A stretch of 64,000 bases of DNA from the human T2T-CHM13v2.0 reference genome, Homo sapiens. Where the stretch lies: assembly GCF_009914755.1 (NCBI RefSeq), contig NC_060929.1, one strand, 5' to 3'. A model generated the notes under the pieces. The model saw only the letters and a list, made by a program, of their open reading frames with translations. It had not been told where the DNA came from and searched no databases. Position numbers and translations under genes: made by a program. Below are positions 1 to 14,347 of the stretch, in pieces (the first letter of the stretch is position 1; each line of letters opens with the position of its first letter).

Positions 1-39
1 TGTAAAGTCTGCACGTGGATAATTTGACCACTTAGAGGC

Positions 40-56
40 CTTCGTTGGAAACGGGT
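40..56 (+). promoter_or_regulatory. CENP-B box, T-ending variant CTTCGTTGGAAACGGGT (first of roughly 188 boxes, one per dimer)
   Basis: Matches the essential core nTTCGnnnnAnnCGGGn. The total is estimated as 64000/340, not counted. Confidence 0.93.
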
Positions 57-2120
57 TTTTTTCCTGTAAGGCTAGACAGAAGAATTCTCAGTAACTTCCT
101 TGTGTTGTGTGTATTCAACTCACACAGTTGAACGATCCTTTACACAGAGCAGACTTGTAACACTCTTTTTGTGGAATTTGCAAGTGGAGATTTCAGCCGC
201 TTTGAAGTCAAAGGTAGAAAAGGAAATATCTTCCTATAAAAACTACACAGAATGATTCTCAGAAACTCCTTTGTGATGTGTGCGTTCAACTCACAGAGTT
301 TAACCTTTCTTTTCATAGAGGAGTTAGGAAACACTCTGCTTGTAAAGTCTGCAAGTGGATATTCAGACCTCTTTGAGGCCTTCGTTGGAAATGGGTTTTT
401 TTCATATAAGGCTAGACAGAAGAATTCCCAGTAACTTCCTTGTGTTGTGTGTGTTCAACTCACAGAGTTGAACTTTCATTTACACAGAGCAGATTTGAAA
501 CACTCTTTTTGTGGAATTTGCAATTGGAGATTTCAAGCGCTTTGAGGCCAAAGGCAGAAAAGGAAATATCTTCGTATAAAAACTAGACAGAATCATTCTC
601 AGAAACTGCTCTGTGATGTGTGCGTTCAACTCTCAGAGTTTAACTTTTCTTTTCATTCAGCAGTTTGGAAACACTCTGTTTGTAAAGTCTGCACGTGGAT
701 AATTTGACCACTTAGAGGCCTTCGTTGGAAACGGGTTTTTTTCATGTAAGGCTAGACAGAAGAGTTCTCAGTAACTTCCTTGTGTTGTGTGTATTCAACT
801 CACACAGTTGAACGATCCTTTACACAGAGCAGACTTGTAACACTCTTTTTGTGGAATTTGCAAGTGGAGATTTCAGCCGCTTTGAAGTCAAAGTAGAAAA
901 GGAAATATCTTCCTATAAAAACTAGACAGAATGATTCTCAGAAACTCCTTTGTGATGTGTGCGTTCAACTCACAGAGTTTAACCTTTCTTTTCATAGAGC
1001 AGTTAGGAAACACTCTGTTTGTAAAGTCTGCAAGTGGATATTCAGACCTCTTTGAGGCCTTCGTTGGAAACGGGTTTTTTTCATATAAGGCTAGAGAGAA
1101 GAATTCCCAGTAACTTCCTTGTGTTGTGTGTGTTCAACTCACAGAGTTGAACTTTCATTTACACAGAGCAGATTTGAAACACTCTTTTTGTGGAATTTGC
1201 AGGTGGAGATTTCAAGCGCTTTGAGGCCAAAGGCAGAAAAGGAAATATCTTCGTATAAAAACTAGACAGAATCATTCTCAGAAACTGCTCTGCGATGTGT
1301 GCGTTCAACTCTCAGAGTTTAACTTTTCTTTTCATTCAGCAGTTTGGAAACACTCTGTTTGTAAAGTCTGCACGTGGATAATTTGACCACTTAGAGGCCT
1401 TCGTTGGAAACGGGTTTTTTTCATGTAAGGCTAGACAGAAGAATTCTCAGTAACTTCCTTGTGTTGTGTGTATTCAACTCACAGAGTTGAACGATCCTTT
1501 ACACAGAGCAGACTTGTAACACTCTTTTTGTGGAATTTGCAAGTGGAGATTTCAGCCGCTTTGAAGTCAAAGGTAGAAAAGGAAATATCTTCCTATAAAA
1601 ACTAGACAGAATGATTCTCAGAAACTCCTTTGTGATGTGTGCGTTCAACTCACAGAGTTTAACCTTTCTTTTCATAGAGCAGTTAGGAAACACTCTGCTT
1701 GTAAAGTCTGCAAGTGGATATTCAGCCCTCTTTGAGGCCTTCGTTGGAAACGGGTTTTTTTCATATAAGGCTAGACAGAAGAATTCCCAGTAACTTCCTT
1801 GTGTTGTGTGTGTTCAACTCACAGAGTTGAACTTTCATTTACACAGAGCAGATTTGAAACACTCTTTTTGTGGAATTTGCAAGTGGAGATTTCAAGCGCT
1901 TTGAGGCCAAAGGCAGAAAAGGAAATATCTTCGTATAAAAACTAGACAGAATCATTCTCAGAAACTGCTCTGCGATGAGTGCGTTCAACTCTCAGAGTTT
2001 AACTTTTCTTTTCATTCAGCAGTTTGGAAACACTCTGTTTGTAAAGTCTGCACGTGGATATTTTGACCACTTAGAGGCCTTCGTTGGAAACGGGTTTTTT
2101 TCCTGTAAGGCTAGACAGAA

Positions 2121-5100
2121 GAATTCCCAGTAACTTCCTTGTGTTGTGTACATTCAACTCACAGAGTTGAACGTTCCCTTAGACAGAGCAGATTTGAAAC
2201 ACTCTTTTTGTGCAATTGGCAAGTGGAGATTTCAAGCGCTTTAAGGTCAATGGCAGAAAAGGAAATATCTTCGTTTCAAAACTAGACAGAATCATTCCCA
2301 CAAACTGCGTTGTGATGTGTTCGTTCATCTCACAGAGTTTAACCTTTCTTTTCATAGAGCAGTTAGGAAACACTCTGTTTGTAAATTCTGTAAGTGGATA
2401 TTCTGACATCTTGTGGCCTTCGTTGGAAACGGGATTTCTTCATATTCTGCTAGACAGAAGAATTCTCAGAATCTTCCTTGTGTTGTGTGTATTCAACTCA
2501 CACAGTTGAACGATGGTTTACACAGAGCAGATTTGAAACACTCTTTTTGTGGAATTTGCAAGTGGAGATTTCAGCCGCTTTGAGGTCAATGGTAGAAAAG
2601 GAAATATCTTCGTATAAAAACTAGACAGAATGATTCTCAGAAACTTCTTTGTGATGTGTGCGTTCAACTCACAGAGTTTAACCTTTCTTTTCATAGAGCA
2701 GTTAGGAAACACTCTGTTTGTAAACTCTGCAAGTGGATATTCAGACCTCTTTGAGGCCTTCGTTGGAAACGGGATTTCTTCATACTGTGCTAGACAGAAG
2801 AATTCTCAGTAACTTCCTTGTGTTGTGTGTATTCAACTCACAGAGTTGAACGATCCTTTACACAGAGCGGACTTGAAACACTCTTTTTGTGGAATTTGCA
2901 AGTGGAGATTTCAGCCGCGTTGAGGTCAATGGTAGAAAAGGAAATATCTTCGTATAAAAACTAGACAGAATGATTCTCAGAAACTCCTTTGAGATGTGTG
3001 TGTTCAACTCACAGAGTTTAACCTTTCTTTTCATAGAGCAGTTAGGAATCACTCTGTTTGTAAAGTCTGCAAGTGGATATTCAGACCTCTTTGAGGCCTT
3101 CGTTGGAAACGGGTTTTTTTCATATAAGGCTAGACAGAAGAATTCCCAGTAACTTCCTTGTGTTGTGTGTGTTCAACTCACAGAGTTGAACTTTCATTTA
3201 CACAGAGCAGATTTGAAACACTCTTTTTGTGGAATTTGCAATTGGAGATTTCAAGCGCTTTGAGGCCAAAGGCAGAAAAGGAAATATCTTCGTATAAAAA
3301 CTAGACAGAATCATTCTCAGAAACTGCTCTGCGATGTGTGCGTTCAACTCTCAGAGTTTAACTTTGCTTTTCATTCAGCAGTTTGGAAACACTCTGTTTG
3401 TAAAGTCTGCACGTGGATAATTTGACCACTTAGAGGCCTTCGTTGGAAACGGGTTTTTTTCCTGTAAGGCTAGACAGAAGAATTCTCAGTAACTTCCTTG
3501 TGTTGTGTGTATTCAACTCACACAGTTGAACGATCCTTTACACAGAGCAGACTTGTAACACTCTTTTTGTGGAATTTGCAAGTGGAGATTTCAGCCGCTT
3601 TGAAGTCAAAGGTAGAAAAGGAAATATCTTCCTATAAAAACTACACAGAATGATTCTCAGAAACTCCTTTGTGATGTGTGCGTTCAACTCACAGAGTTTA
3701 ACCTTTCTTTTCATAGAGGAGTTAGGAAACACTCTGCTTGTAAAGTCTGCAAGTGGATATTCAGACCTCTTTGAGGCCTTCGTTGGAAATGGGTTTTTTT
3801 CATATAAGGCTAGACAGAAGAATTCCCAGTAACTTCCTTGTGTTGTGTGTGTTCAACTCACAGAGTTGAACTTTCATTTACACAGAGCAGATTTGAAACA
3901 CTCTTTTTGTGGAATTTGCAATTGGAGATTTCAAGCGCTTTGAGGCCAAAGGCAGAAAAGGAAATATCTTCGTATAAAAACTAGACAGAATCATTCTCAG
4001 AAACTGCTCTGTGATGTGTGCGTTCAACTCTCAGAGTTTAACTTTTCTTTTCATTCAGCAGTTTGGAAACACTCTGTTTGTAAAGTCTGGACGTGGATAA
4101 TTTGACCACTTAGAGGCCTTCGTTGGAAACGGGTTTTTTTCATGTAAGGCTAGACAGAAGAGTTCTCAGTAACTTCCTTGTGTTGTGTGTATTCAACTCA
4201 CACAGTTGAACGATCCTTTACACAGAGCAGACTTGTAACACTCTTTTTGTGGAATTTGCAAGTGGAGATTTCAGCCGCTTTGAAGTCAAAGTAGAAAAGG
4301 AAATATCTTCCTATAAAAACTAGACAGAATGATTCTCAGAAACTCCTTTGTGATGTGTGCGTTCAACTCACAGAGTTTAACCTTTCTTTTCATAGAGCAG
4401 TTAGGAAACACTCTGTTTGTAAAGTCTGCAAGTGGATATTCAGACCTCTTTGAGGCCTTCGTTGGAAACGGGTTTTTTTCATATAAGGCTAGAGAGAAGA
4501 ATTCCCAGTAACTTCCTTGTGTTGTGTGTGTTCAACTCACAGAGTTGAACTTTCATTTACACAGAGCAGATTTGAAACACTCTTTTTGTGGAATTTGCAG
4601 GTGGAGATTTCAAGCGCTTTGAGGCCAAAGGCAGAAAAGGAAATATCTTCGTATAAAAACTAGACAGAATCATTCTCAGAAACTGCTCTGCGATGTGTGC
4701 GTTCAACTCTCAGAGTTTAACTTTTCTTTTCATTCAGCAGTTTGGAAACACTCTGTAAAGTCTGCACGTGGATAATTTGACCACTTAGAGGCCTTCGTTG
4801 GAAACGGGTTTTCTTCATGTAAGGCTAGACAGAAGAATTCTCAGTAACTTCCTTGTGTTGTGTGTATTCAACTCACAGAGTTGAACGATCCTTTACACAG
4901 AGCAGACTTGTAACACTCTTTTTGTGGAATTTGCAAGTGGAGATTTCAGCCGCTTTGAAGTCAAAGGTAGAAAAGGAAATATCTTCCTATAAAAACTAGA
5001 CAGAATGATTCTCAGAAACTCCTTTGTGATGTGTGCGTTCAACTCACAGAGTTTAACCTTTCTTTTCATAGAGCAGTTAGGAAACACTCTGCTTGTAAAG

Positions 5101-5514
5101 TCTGCAAGTGGATATTCAGCCCTCTTTGAGGCCTTCGTTGGAAACGGGTTTTTTTCATATAAGGCTAGACAGAAGAATTCCCAGTAACTTCCTTGTGTTG
5201 TGTGTGTTCAACTCACAGAGTTGAACTTTCATTTACACAGAGCAGATTTGAAACACTCTTTTTGTGGAATTTGCAAGTGGAGATTTCAAGCGCTTTGAGG
5301 CCAAAGGCAGAAAAGGAAATATCTTCGTATAAAAACTAGACAGAATCATTCTCAGAAACTGCTCTGCGATGTGTGCGTTCAACTCTCAGAGTTTAACTTT
5401 TCTTTTCATTCAGCAGTTTGGAAACACTCTGTTTGTAAAGTCTGCACGTGGATATTTTGACCACTTAGAGGCCTTCGTTGGAAACGGGTTTTTTTCCTGT
5501 AAGGCTAGACAGAA
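2121..5514 (+). repeat. Representative 20-monomer HOR unit (3394 bp), dimer order C-D-E-B-A-B-A-B-A'-B'
   Basis: Measured between EcoRI sites preceding successive diagnostic C dimers (GTTCCCTTAGAC, TGCAATTGGC, CATTCCCACAAACTGCG). Other ~3.4 kb units start at 8232, 14348, 17745, 30312 and 44574. Confidence 0.85.
2418..2434 (+). promoter_or_regulatory. Canonical CENP-B box CTTCGTTGGAAACGGGA (in C and most D dimers)
   Basis: Exact match to the 17 bp consensus YTTCGTTGGAARCGGGA. Confidence 0.95.
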
Positions 5515-8500
5515 GAATTCCCAGTAACTTCCTTGTGTTGTGTACATTCAACTCACAGAGTTGAACGTTCCCTTAGACAGAGCAGATTTGAAACACTCTT
5601 TTTGTGCAATTGGCAAGTGGAGATTTCAAGCGCTTTGAGGTCAATGGCAGAAAAGGAAATATCTTCGTTTCAAAACGAGACAGAATCATTCCCACAAACT
5701 GCGTTGTGATTTGTTCGTTCAACTCACAGAGTTTAACCTTTCTTTTCATAGAGCAGTTAGGAAACAGTCTGTTTGAAAATTCTGTAAGTGGATATTCTGA
5801 CATCTTGTGGCCTTCGTTGGAAACGGGATTTCTTCATATTCTGCTAGACAGAAGAATTCTCAGAATCTTCCTTGTGTTGTGTGTATTCAACTCACAGAGT
5901 TGAACGATGGTTTACACAGAGCAGATTTGAAACACTCATTTGGTGGAATTTGCAAGTGGAGATTTCAGCCGCTTTGAGGTCAATGGTAGAAAAGGAAATA
6001 TCTTCGTATAACAACTAGACAGAATGATTCTCAGAAACTTCTTTGTGATGTGTGTGTTCAACTCACAGAGTTTAACCTTTCTTTTCATAGAGCAGTTAGG
6101 AAACACTGTGTTTTTAAACTCTGCAAGTGGATATTCAGACCTCTTTGAGGCCTTCGTTGGAAACGGGTTTCGTCATACTGTGCTAGACAGAAGAATTCTC
6201 AGTAACTTCCTTGTGTTGTGTGTATTCAACTCACAGAGTTGAACGATCCTTTACACAGAGCAGACTTGTAACACTCTTTTTGTGGAATTTGCAAGTGGAG
6301 ATTTCAGCCGCTTTGAAGTCAAAGGTAGAAAAGGAAATATCTTCCTATAAAAACTACACAGAATGATTCTCAGAAACTCCTTTGTGATGTGTGCGTTCAA
6401 CTCACAGAGTTTAACCTTTCTTTTCATAGAGGAGTTAGGAAACACTCTGTTTGTAAAGTCTGCAAGTGGATATTCAGACCTCTTTGAGGTCTTCGTTGGA
6501 AACGGGTTTTTTTCATATAAGGCTAGACAGAAGAATTCCCAGTAACTTCCTTGTGTTGTGTGTGTTCAACTCACAGAGTTGAACTTTCATTTACACAGAG
6601 CAGATTTGAAACACTCTTTTTGTGGAATTTGCAATTGGAGATTTCAAGCGCTTTGAGGCCAAAGGCAGAAAAGGAAATATCTTCGTATAAAAACTAGACA
6701 GAATCATTCTCAGAAACTGCTCTGTGATGTGTCCGTTCAACTCTCAGAGTTTAACTTTTCTTTTCATTCAGCAGTTTGGAAACACTCTGTTTGTAAAGTC
6801 TGCACGTGGATAATTTGACCACTTAGAGGCCTTCGTTGGAAACGGGTTTTTTTCATGTAAGGCTAGACAGAAGAGTTCTCAGTAACTTCCTTGTGTTGTG
6901 TGTATTCAACTCACAGAGTTGAACGATCCTTTACACAGAGCAGACTTGTAACACTCTTTTTGTGGAATTTGCAAGTGGAGATTTCAGCCGCTTTGAAGTC
7001 AAAGTAGAAAAGGAAATATCTTCCTATAAAAACTAGACAGAATGATTCTCAGAAACTCCTTTGTGATGTGTGCGTTCAACTCACAGAGTTTAACCTTTCT
7101 TTTCATAGAGCAGTTAGGAAACACTCTGTTTGTAAAGTCTGCAAGTGGATATTCAGACCTCTTTGAGGCCTTCGTTGGAAACGGGTTTTTTTCATATAAG
7201 GCTAGACAGAAGAATTCCCAGTAACTTCCTTGTGTTGTGTGTGTTCAACTCACAGAGTTGAACTTTCATTTACACAGAGCAGATTTGAAACACTCTTTTT
7301 GTGGAATTTGCAGGTGGAGATTTCAAGCGCTTTGAGGCCAAAGGCAGAAAAGGAAATATCTTCGTATAAAAACTAGACAGAATCATTCTCAGAAACTGCT
7401 CTGCGATGTGTGCGTTCAACTCTCAGAGTTTAACTTTTCTTTTCATTCAGCAGTTTGGAAACACTCTGTTTGTAAAGTCTGCACGTGGATAATTTGACCA
7501 CTTAGAGGCCTTCGTTGGAAACGGGTTTTTTTCATGTAAGGCTAGACAGAAGAATTCTCAGTAACTTCCTTGTGTTGTGTGTATTCAACTCACAGAGTTG
7601 AACGATCCTTTACACAGAGCAGACTTGTAACACTCTTTTTGTGGAATTTGCAAGTGGAGATTTCAGCCGCTTTGAAGTCAAAGGTAGAAAAGGAAATATC
7701 TTCCTATAAAAACTAGACAGAATGATTCTCAGAAACTCCTTTGTGATGTGTGCGTTCAACTCACAGAGTTTAACCTTTCTTTTCATAGAGCAGTTAGGAA
7801 ACACTCTGCTTGTAAAGTCTGCAAGTGGATATTCAGCCCTCTTTGAGGCCTTCGTTGGAAACGGGTTTTTTTTATATAAGGCTAGACAGAAGAATTCCCA
7901 GTAACTTCCTTGTGTTGTGTGTGTTCAACTCACAGAGTTGAACTTTGATTTACACAGAGCAGATTTGAAACACTCTTTTTGTGGAATTTGCAAGTGGAGA
8001 TTTCAAGCGCTTTGAGGCCAAAGGCAGAAAAGGAAATATCTTCGTATAAAAACTAGACAGAATCATTCTCAGAAACTGCTCTGCGATGTGTGCGTTCAAC
8101 TCTCAGAGTTTAACTTTTCTTTTCATTCAGCAGTTTGGAAACACTCTGTTTGTAAAGTCTGCACGTGGATATTTTGACCACTTAGAGGCCTTCGTTGGAA
8201 ACGGGTTTTTTTCCTGTAAGGCTAGACAGAAGAATTCCCAGTAACTTCCTTGTGTTGTGTACATTCAACTCACAGAGTTGAACGTTCCCTTAGACAGAGC
8301 AGATTTGAAACACTCTTTTTGTGCAATTGGCAAGTGGAGATTTCAAGCGCTTTAAGGTCAATGGCAGAAAAGGAAATATCTTCGTTTCAAAACTAGGCAG
8401 AATCATTCCCACAAACTGCGTTGTGATGTGTTCGTTCATCTCACAGAGTTTAACCTTTCTTTTCATAGAGCAGTTAGGAAACACTCTGTTTGTAAATTCT

Positions 8501-11500
8501 GTATGTGGATATTCTGACATCTTGTGGCCTTCGTTGGAAACGGGATTTCTTCATATTCTGCTAGACAGAAGAATTCTCAGAATCTTCCTTGTGTTGTGTG
8601 TATTCAACTCACAGAGTTGAACGATGGTTTACACAGAGCAGATTTGAAACACTCTTTTTGTGGAATTTGCAAGTGGAGATTTCAGCCGCTTTGAGGTCAA
8701 TGGTAGAAAAGGAAATATCTTCGTATAAAAACTAGACAGAATGATTCTCAGAAACTTCTTTGTGATGTGTGCGTTCAACTCACAGAGTTTAACCTTTCTT
8801 TTCATAGAGCAGTTAGGAAACACTCTGTTTGTAAACTCTGCAAGTGGATATTCAGACCTCTTCGAGGCCTTCGTTGGAAACGGGATTTCTTCATACTGTG
8901 CTAGACAGAAGAATTCTCAGTAACTTCCTTGTGTTGTGTGTATTCAACTCACAGAGTTGAACGATCCTTTACACAGAGCAGACTTGGAACACTCTTTTTG
9001 TGGAATTTGCAAGTGGAGATTTCAGCCGCGTTGAGGTCAATGGTAGAAAAGGAAATATCTTCCTATAAAAACTAGACAGAATGATTCTCAGAAACTCCTT
9101 TGTGATGTGTGCGTTCAACTCACAGAGTTTAACCTTTCTTTTCATAGAGCAGTTAGGAAACACTCTGTTTGTAAAGTCTGCAAGTGGATATTCAGACCTC
9201 TTTGAGGCCTTCGTTGGAAACGGGTTTTTTTCATATAACGCTAGACAGAAGAATTCCCAGTAACTTCCTTGTGTTGTGTGTGTTCAACTCACAGAGTTGA
9301 ACTTTCATTTACACAGAGCAGATTTGAAACACTCTTTTTGTGGAATTTGCAAGTGGAGATTTCAAGCGCTTTGAGGCCAAAGGCAGAAAAGGAAATATCT
9401 TCGTATAAAAACTAGACAGAATCATTCTCAGAAACTGCTCTGTGATGTGTGCGTTCAACTCTCAGAGTTTAACTTTTCTTTTCATTCAGCAGTTTGGAAA
9501 CACTCTGTTTGTAAAGTCTGCACGTGGATAATTTGACCACTTAGAGGCCTTCGTTGGAAACGGGTTTTTTTCATGTAAGGCTAGACAGAAGAATTCTCAG
9601 TAACTTCCTTGTGTTGTGTGTATTCAACTCACAGAGTTGAACGATTCTTTACACAGAGCAGACTTGTAACACTCTTTTTGTGGAATTTGCAAGTGGAGAT
9701 TTCAGCCGCTTTGAAGTCAAAGGTAGAAAAGGAAATATCTTCCTATAAAAACTACACAGAATGATTCTCAGAAACTCCTTTGTGATGTGTGCGTTCAACT
9801 CACAGAGTTTAACCTTTCTTTTCATAGAGGAGTTAGGAAACACTCTGTTTGTAAAGTCTGCAATAGGATATTCAGACCTCTTTGAGGCCTTCGTTGGAAA
9901 CGGGTTTTTTTCATATAAGGCTAGACAGAAGAATTCCCAGTAACTTCCTTGTGTTGTGTGTGTTCAACTCACAGAGTTGAACTTTGATTTACACAGAGCA
10001 GATTTGAAACACTCTTTTTGTGGAATTTGCAAGTGGAGATTTCAAGCGCTTTGAGGCCAAAGGCAGAAAAGGAAATATCTTCGTATAAAAACTAGACAGA
10101 ATCATTCTCAGAAACTGCTCTGTGATGTGTGCGTTCAACTCTCAGAGTTTAACTTTTCTTTTCATTCAGCAGTTTGGAAACACTCTGTTTGTAAAGTCTG
10201 CACGTGGATAATTTGACCACTTAGAGGCCTTCGTTGGAAACGGTTTTTTTTCATGTAAGGCTAGACAGAAGAGTTCTCAGTAACTTCCTTGTGTTGTGTG
10301 TATTCAACTCACACAGTTGAACGATACTTTACAGAGAGCAGACTTGTAACACTCTTTTTGTGGAATTTGCAAGTGGAGATTTCAGCCGCTTTGAAGTCAA
10401 AGTAGAAAAGGAAATATCTTCCTATAAAAACTAGACAGAATGATTCTCAGAAACTCCTTTGTGATGTGTGCGTTCAACTCACAGAGTTTAACCTTTCTTT
10501 TCATAGAGCAGTTAGGAAACACTCTGTTTGTAAAGTCTGCAAGTGGATATTCAGACCTCTTTGAGGCCTTCGTTGGAAACGGGTTTTTTTCATATAAGGC
10601 TAGACAGAAGAATTCCCAGTAACTTCCTTGTGTTGTGTGTGTTCAACTCACAGAGTTGAACTTTCATTTACACAGAGCAGATTTGAAACACTCTTTTTGT
10701 GGAATTTGCAGGTGGAGATTTCAGGCGCTTTGAGGCCAAAGGCAGAAAAGGAAATATCTTCGTATAAAAACTAGACAGAATCATTCTCAGAAACTGCTCT
10801 GCGATGTGTGCGTTCAACTCTCAGAGTTTAACTTTTCTTTTCATTCAGCAGTTTGGAAACACTCTGTTTGTAAAGTCTGCACGTGGATAATTTGACCACT
10901 TAGAGGCCTTCGTTGGAAACGGGTTTTTTTCATGTAAGGCTAGACAGAAGAATTCTCAGTAACTTCCTTGTGTTGTGTGTATTCAACTCACAGAGTTGAA
11001 CGATCCTTTACACAGAGCAGACTTGTAACACTCTTTTTGTGGAATTTGCAAGTGGAGATTTCAGCCGCTTTGAAGTCAAAGGTAGAAAAGGAAATATCTT
11101 CCTATAAAAACTAGACAGAATGATTCTCAGAAACTCCTTTGTGATGTGTGCGTTCAACTCACAGAGTTTAACCTTTCTTTTCATAGAGCAGTTAGGAAAC
11201 ACTCTGCTTGTAAAGTCTGCAAGTGGATATTCAGCCCTCTTTGAGGCCTTCGTTGGAAACGGCTTTTTTTCATATAAGGCTAGACAGAAGAATTCCCAGT
11301 AACTTCCTTGTGTTGTGTGTGTTCAACTCACAGAGTTGAACTTTGATTTACACAGAGCAGATTTGAAACACTCTTTTTGTGGAATTTTCAAGTGGAGATT
11401 TCAAGCGCTTTGAGGCCAAAGGCAGAAAAGGAAATATCTTCGTATAAAAACTAGACAGAATCATTCTCAGAAACTGCTCTGCGATGTGTGCGTTCAACTC

Positions 11501-11629
11501 TCAGAGTTTAACTTTTCTTTTCATTCAGCAGTTTGGAAACACTCTGTTTGTAAAGTCTGCACGTGGATATTTTGACCACTTAGAGGCCTTCTTTGGAAAC
11601 GGGTTTTTTTCCTGTAAGGCTAGACAGAA

Positions 11630-14347
11630 GAATTCCCAGTAACTTCCTTGTGTTGTGTACATTCAACTCACAGAGTTGAACGTTCCCTTAGACAGAGCAG
11701 ATTTGAAACACTCTTTTTGTGCAATTGGCAAGTGGAGATTTCAAGCGCTTTAAGGTCAATGGCAGAAAAGGAAATATCTTCGTTTCAAAACTAGGCAGAA
11801 TCATTCCCACAAACTGCGTTGTGATGTGTTCGTTCATCTCACAGAGTTTAACCTTTCTTTTCATAGAGCAGTTAGGAAACACTCTGTTTGTAAATTCTGT
11901 AAGTGGATATTCTGACATCTTGTGGCCTTCGTTGGAAACGGGATTTCTTCATATTCTGCTAGACAGAAGAATTCTCAGAATCTTCCTTGTGTTGTGTGTA
12001 TTCAACTCACACAGTTGAACGATGGTTTACACAGAGCAGATTTGAAACACTCTTTTTGTGGAATTTGCAAGTGGAGATTTCAGCCGCTTTGAGGTCAATG
12101 GTAGAAAAGGAAATATCTTCGTATAAAAACTAGACAGAATGATTCTCAGAAACTTCTTTGTGATGTGTGCGTTCAACTCACAGAGTTTAACCTTTCTTTT
12201 CATAGAGCAGTTAGGAAACACTCTGTTTGTAAACTCTGCAAGTGGATATTCAGACCTCTTTGAGGCCTTCGTTGGAAACGGGATTTCTTCATACTGTGCT
12301 AGACAGAAGAATTCTCAGTAACTTCCTTGTGTTGTGTGTATTCAACTCACAGAGTTGAACGATCCTTTACACAGAGCAGACTTGGAACACTCTTTTTGTG
12401 GAATTTGCAAGTGGAGATTTCAGCCGCGTTGAGGTCAATGGTAGAAAAGGAAATATCTTCGTATAAAAACTAGACAGAATGATTCTCAGAAACTCCTTTG
12501 AGATGTGTGTGTTCAACTCACAGAGTTTAACCTTTCTTTTCATAGAGCAGTTAGGAATCACTCTGTTTGTAAAGTCTGCAAGTGGATATTCAGACCTCTT
12601 TGAGGCCTTCGTTGGAAACGGGTTTTTTTCATATAAGGCTAGACAGAAGAATTCCCAGTAACTTCCTTGTGTTGTGTGTGTTCAACTCACAGAGTTGAAC
12701 TTTCATTTACACAGAGCAGATTTGAAACACTCTTTTTGTGGAATTTGCAAATGGAGATTTCAAGCGCTTTGAGGCCAAAGGCATAAAAGGAAATATCTTC
12801 GTATAAAAACTAGACAGAATCATTCTCAGAAACTGCTCTGCGATGTGTGCGTTCAACTCTCAGAGTTTAACTTTGCTTTTCATTCAGCAGTTTGGTAACA
12901 CTCTGTTTGTAAAGTCTGCACGTGGATAATTTGACCACTTAGAGGCCTTCGTTGGAAACGGGTTTTTTTCATGTAAGGCTAGACAGAAGAATTCTCAGTA
13001 ACTTCCTTGTGTTGTGTGTATTCAACTCACAGAGTTGAACTATCCTTTACACAGAGCAGACTTGTAACACTCTTTTTGTGGAATTTGCAAGTGGAGATTT
13101 CAGCCGCTTTGAAGTCAAAGTAGAAAAGGAAATATCTTCCTATAAAAACTAGACAGAATGATTCTCAGAAACTCCTTTGTGATGTGTGCGTTCAACTCAC
13201 AGAGTTTAACCTTTCTTTTCATAGAGCAGTTAGGAAACACTCTGTTTGTAAAGTCTGCAAGTGGATATTCAGACCTCTTTGAGGCCTTCGTTGGAAACGG
13301 GTTTTTTTCATATAAGGCTAGACAGAAGAATTCCCAGTAACTTCCTTGTGTTGTGTGTGTTCATCTCACAGAGTTGAACTTTCATTTACACAGAGCAGAT
13401 TTGAAACACTCTTTTTGTGGAATTTGCAGGTGGAGATTTCAAGCGCTTTGAGGCCAAAGGCAGAAAAGGAAATATCTTCGTATAAAAACTAGACAGAATC
13501 ATTCTCAGAAACTGCTCTGCGATGTGTGCGTTCAACTCTCAGAGTTTAACTTTTCTTTTCATTCAGCAGTTTGGAAACACTCTGTTTGTAAAGTCTGCAC
13601 GTGGATAATTTGACCACTTAGAGGCCTTCGTTGGAAACGGGTTTTTTTCATGTAAGGCTAGACAGAAGAATTCTCAGTAACTTCCTTGTGTTGTGTGTAT
13701 TCAACTCACAGAGTTGAACGATCCTTTACACAGAGCAGACTTGTAACACTCTTTTTGTGGAATTTGCAAGTGGAGATTTCAGCCGCTTTGAAGTCAAAGG
13801 TAGAAAAGGAAATATCTTCCTATAAAAACTAGACAGAATGATTCTCAGAAACTCCTTTGTGATGTGTGCGTTCAACTCACAGAGTTTAACCTTTCTTTTC
13901 ATAGAGCAGTTAGGAAACACTCTGCTTGTAAAGTCTGCAAGTGGATATTCAGCCCTCTTTGAGGCCTTCGTTGGAAACGGGTTTTTTTCATATAAGGCTA
14001 GACAGAAGAATTCCCAGTAACTTCCTTGTGTTGTGTGTGTTCAACTCACAGAGTTGAACTTTGATTTACACAGAGCAGATTTGAAACACTCTTTTTGTGG
14101 AATTTGCAAGTGGAGATTTCAAGCGCTTTGAGGCCAAAGGCAGAAAAGGAAATATCTTCGTATAAAAACTAGACAGAATCATTCTCAGAAACTGCTCTGC
14201 GATGTGTGCGTTCAACTCTCAGAGTTTAACTTTTCTTTTCATTCAGCAGTTTGGAAACACTCTGTTTGTAAAGTCTGCACGTGGATATTTTGACCACTTA
14301 GAGGCCTTCGTTGGAAACGGGTTTTTTTCCTGTAAGGCTAGACAGAA
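11630..14347 (+). repeat. Representative 16-monomer HOR unit (2718 bp), C-D-E-B-A-B-A'-B'
   Basis: C-dimer spacing is 2718. Other ~2.7 kb units start at 5515, 21142, 25559, 33706, 36420, 39139, 41857, 47972 and 55107. Confidence 0.85.

Noticed and set aside
12-17. E-box CACGTG in B dimers and a STAT-like TTCTCAGAA in most dimers
   Set aside because: These short motifs are intrinsic to the repeat consensus, and nothing in the sequence supports a regulatory function.
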